Part shown: piece by piece, positions 1-7,470 of the stretch
Layout: every line of letters begins with the position of its first letter
How positions within the stretch are numbered: the first letter of the stretch is position 1
From: an uncultured Acidimicrobiales bacterium
GTDB taxonomy: Bacteria; Actinomycetota; Acidimicrobiia; Acidimicrobiales; CAVXTF01
Length of the DNA: 64,000 nt
NCBI GenBank assembly: GCA_963764615.1
Contig: CAVXTF010000002.1
Location: 2,016,351-2,080,350 of the forward strand
Direction: 5' to 3'
Notes under the pieces: generated by a model
The model's input: the letters and a program-made list of their open reading frames with translations, nothing else
What the model was told of the DNA's origin: nothing
Database searches by the model: none
Program-made: the position numbers and the translations under genes

Positions 1-662
1 GAGGCTAAGTGGAACATCGAGTTCGCGTCCCCACGATCGGCTGCTCGGCGGAGCCACTCCTCGGCTTCGTCCAGATCACCTCTCTTCTTGCATATGTGGC
101 CAAGTTGGATCTCAGCACCCTCGTGGCCGGCTTCAGCCGCTCGGTGGTACCACTTTTCGGCTCCGGTTAGGTCTCCTTTGCCCTTGAGCAGGATGGCGAG
201 GTTGAACATCGCACCGGTGTCGCCGGCTTCAGCCACTCGGCGGTACCACATCTCAGCTTCGTCCAAGTCGCCCTTCTTCGCGAGCTGGTTGGCGAGGTTG
301 AACATCGCATTGGCATTGCCGGCTTCGGCCGCTCGGCGGTACCACATCTCGGCTTCATCTCCATCGCCTCTGTCGGCGAGCAGGAATGCAAGGTTGTGCA
401 TCGCGCTGGCATCGTCGGACGCTGCTGCTTGTCGATACCATCCTTCGGCTTCGTTCAAATCACCTTTGGCGACGAGCAAGATAGCGAGGTTGTATATGGC
501 GTTGGTAGAGCCGGCTGCTATAGCGCGGCGGTACCACGCCTCAGCTTCGTCGCGGTCTCCCTCGGCCCTCAGACGGTTGCCGAGCTTGTTCATCGCGACA
601 GCATCTCCGTTTTCGGCTGCTTCTCGGATCCGATTCATCTCGGAAGGCATCATCAGCCCCAT
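1..662 (-). CDS. TPR/Sel1-like repeat protein (3' end outside window)
   Basis: This minus frame is absent from the ORF track because it runs off the window edge. The ATG at 660-662 gives MGLMMPSEMNRIREAAENGDAVAMNKLGNRL... It is followed by at least 6 copies of a 32-aa unit xAExWYRRAAEAGxxxAMxNLAxLLxxxGDxDE. The listed + ORF 88..735 is its antisense shadow. Confidence 0.7.
   Translation of the reverse strand, partial: MGLMMPSEMNRIREAAENGDAVAMNKLGNRLRAEGDRDEAEAWYRRAIAAGSTNAIYNLAILLVAKGDLNEAEGWYRQAAASDDASAMHNLAFLLADRGDGDEAEMWYRRAAEAGNANAMFNLANQLAKKGDLDEAEMWYRRVAEAGDTGAMFNLAILLKGKGDLTGAEKWYHRAAEAGHEGAEIQLGHICKKRGDLDEAEEWLRRAADRGDANSMFHLA
50..630 (-). repeat. 96-bp (32-codon) tandem coding periodicity of the TPR-like gene
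   Basis: The motif GGTAC(C) of ...cggcggtaccac... recurs at 146, 242, 338, 434 and 530, spaced exactly 96 nt apart. Confidence 0.8.
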
Positions 663-851
663 GATGCCAATAGGAGGCTCGGGCTGCCGCGAAGCCGATC
701 TCGCGTCACACAGAGGGCCAGAAGGCTTGTCCTAGCCCGGCTCCCACCTGCAAGCCCGCTCTCGCCGTCCGCGTTCGCTCCCGGGGTTGTTCGCTCCGTC
801 GCTGGCTGGCTCGGCCCCGCGTTGTGCCCATCGGCCTGAGATCAGCTCGTG

Positions 852-1328
852 CTATCCAGCTCGCCGACGCCGATCCTTCACCTCCACCTCGACCTCGGCG
901 CCCAAAAGGTATAGCAGCGAGATGATCTGAGTGAGTGACTTCGAGTAGTTGGTCGGGTCCAGAAGCCTGTAGAGCTGGGTGGGAGATGTTCCTAGCCATC
1001 GAGACACCTCGCGGATCGACAACCGAGAACGTTCAAACCGCTCACGAGCCTCTTGCGTCAATCGGTACATGGTGAGTTCAGCCATGTACGACGGATCCTC
1101 GTTGTACTCGAGGACTGCCTCGATATGCACACTGCCTTCCACACCCGACGTGAGGCTATAGGTGAAACCCTCTCGTCCAAGTTCGGGATCGACGAATACT
1201 TGTTCGACCCGGTCTTCGGATGTTGGGGAGGGATTGGCTTTGGCGTAGGGGAACATCAGCGTCTGACGGCGCGTACGGACCTCGAAAGCATGCCTTCGGT
1301 TGTTCGCAATAACGTCCATGATCTTCAT
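852..1328 (-). CDS. HTH-domain protein, DUF2442-like N-terminus; partner of the DUF4160 gene
   Basis: 158-aa ORF. The C-terminal part LSIREVSRWLGTSPTQLYRLLDPTNYSKSL is HTH-like. Its start overlaps the stop of the upstream DUF4160 ORF by 4 nt (1325-1328). Confidence 0.6.
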   Translation of the reverse strand: MKIMDVIANNRRHAFEVRTRRQTLMFPYAKANPSPTSEDRVEQVFVDPELGREGFTYSLTSGVEGSVHIEAVLEYNEDPSYMAELTMYRLTQEARERFERSRLSIREVSRWLGTSPTQLYRLLDPTNYSKSLTQIISLLYLLGAEVEVEVKDRRRRAG

Positions 1329-1519
1329 AGCTTTTTCTCCTTCACTAGCGCCTCGAGTAGGCGAACGACGCGAGCCGGCGCTTCACCCTTCATGGCCTGC
1401 CACTTATCGAGGTCCCACTTCACGATCAACTTCCCACCTCGGTAGACATGAACGTGCCGAGGGCTGTGGTCACCAATCCACGCAAGGAACACGTAGCCGC
1501 CTCGTCGGATCTTCGACAC
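1325..1519 (-). CDS. DUF4160 domain-containing protein
   Basis: 64-aa ORF MSKIRRGGYVFLAWIGDHSPRHVHVYRGG... It carries the DUF4160 signature (H-x-P-x-HVHV). Confidence 0.75.
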   Translation of the reverse strand: MSKIRRGGYVFLAWIGDHSPRHVHVYRGGKLIVKWDLDKWQAMKGEAPARVVRLLEALVKEKKL

Positions 1520-1747
1520 GTGAAACGTTACCTCCTACGGTAACAACAAATCAAGGAACTCCTCGGCGATGAGCGGCAGCCAAGGACTGGCGCAGCCAGG
1601 CGGAGCGGATCCTTGACGGCCGCGAGTGCGAGCACCCAGAAACTCTGATCGTGGACCCAGCCGGCCGCCGACGGCCGGCCTGGCTGTCCAGTTCCCAGCT
1701 CGTCTATGGGTGCGGGCCCTGTAACACAGCACCCTCAAACTACACAC

Positions 1748-1776
1748 TTGACATTTTGGATCTAAGCGCAAATATG
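1748..1776 (+). promoter_or_regulatory. Putative sigma70-type promoter (TTGACA-17 nt-AATATG) for a near-leaderless transcript
   Basis: TTGACA lies at 1748-1753 and the AT-rich hexamer at 1771-1776, in a locally AT-rich patch. In-frame ATGs sit at 1774 and 1783. Confidence 0.3.
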
Positions 1777-1782
1777 CGACCT

Positions 1783-2232
1783 ATGACCACGAAGCCCGCC
1801 TCGCCCGACTACCGCTCCGACAAGATGGACAGCCTCGAGGGCAAAGCCATCGCTCGGGGGCGGTTCCTGGTGTTCTGGGACGCGGTCGACTCGGCTGAGC
1901 TCGAAGAGGCCTCGACCGCACCGACCTTGCTCAACGCTTCGTGGGTACCTGAGGAGGTACGCACTCACGTGTCGCGCCAGGCTGTCGAGGAGTCCGAGCT
2001 CATCGGGTTCTGGGTTGCTTGGCACCGAAGTGGGGGATTCCAGGAGCTTGAGCGCTCAGGTTGGCACCGGGCCACGATCTTCCGCAAAATCCGCCGCTTC
2101 CGCGCCGCCTACGGAGTGCACCCAGACGAGTGGCAGCCCAACTGGATCAAGCTGGATACCGCCAAGGTGTGGCGGTCCCAGCTCGACCTTGACCTGGCAA
2201 TGGCCCGGGGTTTCGACCCCTCTACGGACTGA
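1783..2232 (+). CDS. Hypothetical protein of integrative-element remnant (possible HTH regulator)
   Basis: This is the in-frame part of ORF 1651..2232. The start is chosen at the ATG just downstream of the putative promoter. The C-terminal segment WHRATIFRKIRRFRAAYG is HTH-like. I recognise no family. Confidence 0.5.
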   Translation: MTTKPASPDYRSDKMDSLEGKAIARGRFLVFWDAVDSAELEEASTAPTLLNASWVPEEVRTHVSRQAVEESELIGFWVAWHRSGGFQELERSGWHRATIFRKIRRFRAAYGVHPDEWQPNWIKLDTAKVWRSQLDLDLAMARGFDPSTD

Positions 2233-2246
2233 TCGGCTTCACCTTC

Positions 2247-2830
2247 ATGACACTCCGGGGGGCGGAGCCTTTAGATGTAGTCGCAAATACGCACTCAGAG
2301 CAGGGGCTGGTGGAGCTCGCGTCGGGGATCGATGCCCTCTACCTGTCCGGTCGGGGCGAGCTGCTCGCCGAGACCTTGGAACGATTCGAGGAGCGCCGGG
2401 GATGCGCCGAGGACCTCAACCTGGCCGCCCCAGTCGATGTCGGGCCTCTCACCTTCTCGATAGCCCCCATGGCTGGGGCATGTACCGCTACTGCCTCGAT
2501 CACCCCCTCGGCAGGGTCGGGGCGACTCCTAGCGCCCACCTCCCAGCGATCAGAGTCCAGCCTCGTTCCGAGTTCATTCACGCCGTCGGACCAACCCAGG
2601 CCGTGACGACGTTCGAAAACCTGCTGCGTCCTCTGTGCTCTGAGCTCAGCTTCGGGGCGAGCCGTATCGACATTTATGTCGACGTTGAAGGCTTCCCTCT
2701 GCGGGCCGATGACCGCGAACGCTACGTGTGCCGAGCCGATGCGCGTCGCACTTATGAGCAGTCAGAGCGCTGCAGTGGTTTCGACTTCGGCTCGCGCCGA
2801 GCAGGAACCCTCACAGGCCGCATCTGCGAC
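2247..2830 (+). pseudogene. Replication initiator (REP_trans/PF02486-like) remnant, frameshifted and 3'-truncated
   Basis: ORF 2247..2606 (..VDVGPLTFSIAP) continues in the frame of ORF 2015..3070 (HGWGMYRYCLDHPLG..IDIYVDVEGFPL..FDFGSRRAGTLTGRI). The switch lies at the C5 run 2464-2468. Homology stops abruptly near 2825-2835. Confidence 0.5.
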
Positions 2831-3796
2831 TTTTGCCCGGGACGAGGGATACCTGAACCGCTACATCTTGCCCGTGTTCGGCGAGTTAGCACTAGGGGAG
2901 GTATCTGTCGGTCTGGTTCGCTCGTGGATTGCGAACCTAACGGCGTCTGGACTCGCGCCGGCAACGGTCGTAAAGGCCGGCCAGATCCTGAACAAGATTC
3001 TGCGGGCGGCCGTCGAAGAAGGGATGATCGGAACGAACGCTGCTTCCGCCGTTCGATTGCCTCGAGTTGAGCGACACGAGATGCGCCACCTCTCTCCTTT
3101 CGAAGTCGCCCGGCTCGCCGACGCCATTGACCCCCGTTATCGCGCGGTTGTGTTTCTCGGTGCATATGGCGGCCTGCGTGCCGGCGAGCTCTTCGGGCTG
3201 CGTGTGGGGCGCCTGGATCTGCCCGGTCAACGGGTGGAAGTGGTCGAACAGGTTGTCGAGGTCTCGGGCAATCTCCACGTCGGTGCGCCCAAGACAAGGG
3301 CTGGTCGGCGGACCGTGCCCGTCCCAACGGTGGTCTGCGAAGCACTGAGCGAGCACCTCCGACTATGGCCGAGCGACGGCCTCATCTTCACTGCACCTGA
3401 TGGCGGACCAGTTCGGCTCAGACGTGGCGCTCTCGCTTCTTCAAGCGAGCTGTCGAGTCTGCCGGTCTTACGCCATTACGAATCCATGATCTTCGGCATA
3501 CCGCGGTCTCGCTTTGGATCGCAGCCGGCGCATCACCTCGTGAGATCGCAACCCGGGCAGGACACACATCGGTGTCGATCGTCCTCGACCGCTACGGACA
3601 TCTCCTTCCGGGCAGCGAGAATCGTGTCAACGAAGAGCTCGACCGGATGGCGAAAGGTTTCGCCCCAGTGGACACGAGACGGACCAACCTGGCCAAGGAT
3701 GAGACAGAGCAAGATCACGACCCGGAACAACGGCCTCCTCTCCGAATCGTTCGCGCGCGTATCGCGCAGCGACGAAGATCGCGCTCGTCAACCTGA
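2826..3796 (+). pseudogene. Tyrosine recombinase/integrase, 5'-truncated with an internal frameshift
   Basis: ORF 2676..3893 carries YLNRYILPVFGELALGEV..RAGELFGLRVGRLDL. After the GG at 3415-3416 the protein continues in another frame: WRSRFFKRAVESAGLTPLRIHDLRHTAVSLWIAAG..HTSVSIVLDRYGHL, which holds the R..HxxR..Y catalytic motifs. Most of the N-terminal SAM-like domain is missing. Confidence 0.7.
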
Positions 3797-3830
3797 ATCG
3801 GAAGATGGACCTTCACCAGGAAGAATTTCG

Positions 3831-3904
3831 TGGGCGCTAGAGGACTCGAACCTCCGACCTCAGCCGTGTGAAGGCTGCGCTCTAACCAACTGAGCTAAGC
3901 GCCC
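3831..3904 (-). tRNA. tRNA-Val (anticodon CAC)
   Basis: The reverse complement is GGGCGCTTAGCTCAGTTGGTTAGAGCGCAGCCTTCACACGGCTGAGGTCGGAGGTTCGAGTCCTCTAGCGCCCA. It has a 7-bp acceptor stem, a TTCACAC anticodon loop, GGTTCGAGTCC in the T arm, and is 74 nt long. Confidence 0.95.
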
Positions 3905-4207
3905 TACTTTTCCACCTCTGACCTGCGGTGATGCTACTCGGACTGCCACTTGCACCGCGCCGCAACGCTCGAACAGCGTAGACGGCTCGCATCCCCCAAC
4001 CGACTCGACTCTCGGTACATGCCAAATCCGCTCCTCAAGCGCATGGTTGGAAAAGGCTCAGCGATCACGGACGAGCAGAACGAAGGCGATCATTAGGAAG
4101 TTAGAACGGTGTGTGCAACTCGAAACCGCGTGCGCCCAAATCGTGATGCAAGGCCGGACAACGGTCGCGTCACCCTCGGCATCACAGCTCGACAAACAAC
4201 GTTCCGA

Positions 4208-4546
4208 TCATGCCGAGTCGGTGGCGGTCGATGTAAGTCGCTTCCGTAACCGTCCCAAGTCGGATGCTTTCGCCCCGATTTTCCGGCGTGAGTCGGTACA
4301 CAAAGCGTCCACCGAGACGAACGTGAGGAGGAGTCCGCCGATCCCCAACACCGCGGCAGTAGTCAGAAAGAAGGCGAGCAACACACCTAGACCCATCGCA
4401 AAACAGACGACTGACGGCCAGACACGACACTGGGCGCTAAGCACGGGGATCTCCGAGGGAACTCGCTCGGAAAAGAGCGGGTCGTCGCGGTAGAACGCCT
4501 TCTCCAGCTCTTCAAATGCTCGTTGCTCTTGCTCGGAGAGCGGCAC
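4208..4546 (-). CDS. DUF3040 domain-containing membrane protein
   Basis: MPLSEQEQRAFEELEKAFYRDDPLFSERV.. is followed by two hydrophobic helices, which is the typical DUF3040 layout. Confidence 0.8.
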   Translation of the reverse strand: MPLSEQEQRAFEELEKAFYRDDPLFSERVPSEIPVLSAQCRVWPSVVCFAMGLGVLLAFFLTTAAVLGIGGLLLTFVSVDALCTDSRRKIGAKASDLGRLRKRLTSTATDSA

Positions 4547-4848
4547 CTACGGCCCCCTTTGCAGCCACTTGGTTCGAATATCGGTACTACAACGTCACAG
4601 TACGGATCTCGATACGCCGCCTCTAGGGCCAAAGGTCACTCAATGGAAGGCTGTCTGGACAGGACCACCCCGGCATAGCCCCTGCACTGACAGGCGCGGT
4701 CAAGTGTCGGTTCGGGCTAGACCGGCCGGGCCGCAACCCCGCCTGGCCAGAGATGGCCAGTAGAGCAAGCAAGACGTGAGGCGCTGCTCGCGAAGGCGGC
4801 GCATAGCCAGCAGGCGCGACGCAGGCTTCCGTGGCAATACTGGAGGCA

Positions 4849-7404
4849 ATGGGTCACGTGTTCGTGAACGGCATCCCACATGAATTCCCGGCCCACTCCG
4901 ACCGCACCCTTTTGGGATTCTTGCGCTTCGACCTCGGACTGACGGGCGCGAAACCGGGCTGTGGCGAGGGACAGTGCGGAGCTTGCACGGTGCTCGTCGA
5001 CAACGTCCCGATGCTGGCGTGCCAAGTCCATCTCGAAGACATAGGGGGTTCTTCGATCACGACGATTGAGGGCCTGGCGACCGGGGGCAGGCTGCATCCG
5101 GTCCAACAGGCGCTCATTGTCGAACGAGCTAGTCAATGCGGGTACTGCACGCCAGGAATGGCACTACGCGCAGCAGCTCTCCTGGACACGGAGCCGGATC
5201 CCGACCACTCGCAGATTGCCTCCGCGATGGATCCGAGCCTGTGCCGATGCGGCTGCTACAAGCGCATCTTCTCTGCCGTTCGTCGGGCCGCCGAAATGCA
5301 GTACGACGAAGTGGATGCGGCGACGGCAAACCTGTCCTCGCAGGGTCAGACGGTCCTGGAAAGGCCTGGCCGGCCCTGGGACCTGTGCAAAGCCGACGAG
5401 CGGAGGTGGTTCGAGATTCTGGGCGACGGACTTGTCGCAGTTTGGCCCCCTGAGACCCCCGCGGCAGGGATGTGGCCGGCGAAGGGCGGTGCCTGGCTGC
5501 ACGTGGCGCCCTCGGGTCTCGTCACTGCCTTCAGCGGCAAGGTCGATGTCGGCCAGGACAACCGGACGGCTTTTCGCCTTCTTGTCGCAGAAGAACTCGC
5601 TGTCGCACTTGACGACGTGCAGGTGGTTCTCGGCGACACCGACCTGTGCCCTTTCGACATGGGCACGTTCGGCAGCCGCTCGATGCCGGACGCAGGCGAA
5701 ACGCTCCGCCGCGCGGCGGCGGGAGCCCGCCAGACTCTCTTGGCTCTCGCTGCAAAGCGTTTGAACATCGCGACAGAAACGTTGTCGATCCGCGGTGGCG
5801 GAGTGATCGGAGTTCGAGATGGGCCTGATCTCCGATATGGGGAGCTCGTCGAAGGCACGCAGCACCTGGAGATCCTCATGGATGAGGTTCCGCTCACCCA
5901 TCCCACGTCTTGGGCTCTTGCCGGAAGCGCTGGTCCCGCCCCCCTTCGAACGGACGTAGTGACCGGGGCTCGCCGCTTCACGTCCGATCTCGACTTACCT
6001 GGGATGCTGCACGGATCGATACTGCGTCCGCCCGTTCGCGGGGCGGTCCTCCGGTCGGCCGATCTCGCAGCGGCTGAGAAGCTCCCCGACATCGCGACGG
6101 TGAGCGAGGGCGAGTTCGTCGCAGTTGCCGCAGTGGACCCGATCGCCGCACGACAAGCCATCGCCGCGATCGACGCCGAATGGGATATGCCTCCTCCGGG
6201 AGCCGATGACCTCGTCGCTCATCTGCGATCGCACCCTGTGAACGGCGAAGGATGGCAGGGGGTTTTCGAGCACTCGATCGGGGACGTCTCCACGGCCCTC
6301 GAAGGCGCCACAACCTCTCTCACAGCCACTTACACGACCGCCTATGTCGCTCACACCCCACTCGAGACAAGGGCCGCCGTCGCGCGATGGGAAGCGAACC
6401 GCCTGACGGTGTGGACCGGCACGCAGGTCCCATTCGGTGTGCGTAACCAGATCGCCGAAGCGTTAGGGATCGACGAAACCGAGGTGAGAGTGATCGTTCC
6501 TCCGACCGGAGGTGCCTTCGGGGGTAAGCACGGGGCACAGGTCGCGATAGAAGCTGCTCGTCTGGCCAAGGCTGTCGCACGCCCCGTCAAGGTCCATTGG
6601 ACCAGGGCGGAGGAGGTCCGATGGGGTGCGGTGCGGCCCATGGCCGTCATCGACATCCGAAGCGGCCTCAATGACGTTGGTTCAATCACAGCTTGGGATT
6701 TCACAAACATCAATTCGGGTGCAGCAGGCATAGCTTGCCCCTATGACATTCCCAACCAGCGGTTGCGCTACCAGCCCGCCGAGTCTCCGTTGGCTCAATC
6801 CTCCTATCGTGCGCTGGCAGCGACGGCGAACCACTTTGCACGCGAGTCGCACATCGACGAACTCGCCTGCTGCACAGGGTTCGATCCCCTCAAGTTCCGC
6901 CTCCGACACCTGGTGGACGAACGGCTCGTCGCGGTCGTCGAAGCCGCTGCAGAGCGATTCGGCTGGCCGGGGCTGGCGCGAGCGTCGGGAATGGCCCTTG
7001 GATTGGAAAAGGGCGGTCGGGTGGCAACATGCGTCGAGGTCTGCGATACCGACGACGGCGCTGTCCGTGTCAGTCGGATCGTGACGGCCTACGAATGCGG
7101 AGCAGTCGTCAACGTCGACGCTGTATTGAATCAGATAGAGGGCGCGACGGTCATGGCCCTCGGAGGAGCTCTGTTCGAGGGACTGGACGTCGAGTGCGGC
7201 CAAATCGCAGACGCGTCCCTATCGCATTACCGGGTACCGCGCTTCTCGGACGTACCGTCCATCGAGGTGGTGCTTGTCGATCGTAGGGACATAGCGTCGG
7301 CCGGCGCAGGTGAGACGCCGATGGTCACCGTGGCTCCCGCCGTCGCAAATGCGATCTACGCAGCCACCGGACGCAGGATCAGGTCACTTCCGCTGTGCCC
7401 ATGA
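4849..7404 (+). CDS. Fused (2Fe-2S)-binding / molybdopterin-dependent oxidoreductase (xanthine dehydrogenase / IorAB-CoxSL family)
   Basis: The N-terminus has GCGEGQCGACTV and CGYCTPG..CRCGCY Fe-S motifs. The rest is an aldehyde oxidase/XDH-type Mo-binding large-subunit region. GGAGG at 4841-4845 favours the ATG at 4849 over the GTG at 4831. Confidence 0.9.
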   Translation: MGHVFVNGIPHEFPAHSDRTLLGFLRFDLGLTGAKPGCGEGQCGACTVLVDNVPMLACQVHLEDIGGSSITTIEGLATGGRLHPVQQALIVERASQCGYCTPGMALRAAALLDTEPDPDHSQIASAMDPSLCRCGCYKRIFSAVRRAAEMQYDEVDAATANLSSQGQTVLERPGRPWDLCKADERRWFEILGDGLVAVWPPETPAAGMWPAKGGAWLHVAPSGLVTAFSGKVDVGQDNRTAFRLLVAEELAVALDDVQVVLGDTDLCPFDMGTFGSRSMPDAGETLRRAAAGARQTLLALAAKRLNIATETLSIRGGGVIGVRDGPDLRYGELVEGTQHLEILMDEVPLTHPTSWALAGSAGPAPLRTDVVTGARRFTSDLDLPGMLHGSILRPPVRGAVLRSADLAAAEKLPDIATVSEGEFVAVAAVDPIAARQAIAAIDAEWDMPPPGADDLVAHLRSHPVNGEGWQGVFEHSIGDVSTALEGATTSLTATYTTAYVAHTPLETRAAVARWEANRLTVWTGTQVPFGVRNQIAEALGIDETEVRVIVPPTGGAFGGKHGAQVAIEAARLAKAVARPVKVHWTRAEEVRWGAVRPMAVIDIRSGLNDVGSITAWDFTNINSGAAGIACPYDIPNQRLRYQPAESPLAQSSYRALAATANHFARESHIDELACCTGFDPLKFRLRHLVDERLVAVVEAAAERFGWPGLARASGMALGLEKGGRVATCVEVCDTDDGAVRVSRIVTAYECGAVVNVDAVLNQIEGATVMALGGALFEGLDVECGQIADASLSHYRVPRFSDVPSIEVVLVDRRDIASAGAGETPMVTVAPAVANAIYAATGRRIRSLPLCP

Positions 7405-7470
7405 TTCTTGCCGAAGCGTCGAAGCCGGCATGCTGGCGCCGAGAACAGCTCGATGAGCTCACCAGGTAGA

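Larger units (their letters stand above)
852..3830. mobile_element. Decayed tRNA-Val-associated integrative element (AICE-like remnant); left boundary undetermined
   Basis: The int remnant ends 35 nt from the 3' end of tRNA-Val and faces it. A Rep remnant and small accessory genes lie upstream. I found no second att copy in the window. Confidence 0.4.

Noticed and set aside
88-735. 215-aa + strand ORF (and 396..839, 167..412) at the left edge
   Set aside because: The translations are A/S/R/P-rich and low in complexity. They lie antisense to, or out of frame with, the clearly periodic TPR-like minus-strand frame, so they are shadow ORFs of a high-GC gene.
860-900. cctccacctcgacctc as a candidate distal att copy of the tRNA-Val 3' end (cctccgacctc)
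   Set aside because: The match is only about 11 nt and interrupted. It lies inside the 852..1328 coding sequence and lacks the flanking T-arm sequence. It is too weak to call an att site.
2015-3070. 351-aa ORF spanning the Rep/integrase region as a single gene
   Set aside because: Only its middle third (HGWGMYRY..GTLTGRI) is Rep-like. The N- and C-terminal thirds are R/G/S-rich out-of-frame readings of the neighbouring genes. It is a composite created by the frameshift and the deletion junction.
4547-4848. Moco riboswitch or 6C-type sRNA in the 300-bp leader of the molybdoenzyme gene (a C6 run near 4553)
   Set aside because: There is a single C-run only, and no second C-rich loop. I could not trace the conserved Moco-motif helices by eye, so there is no support beyond location.
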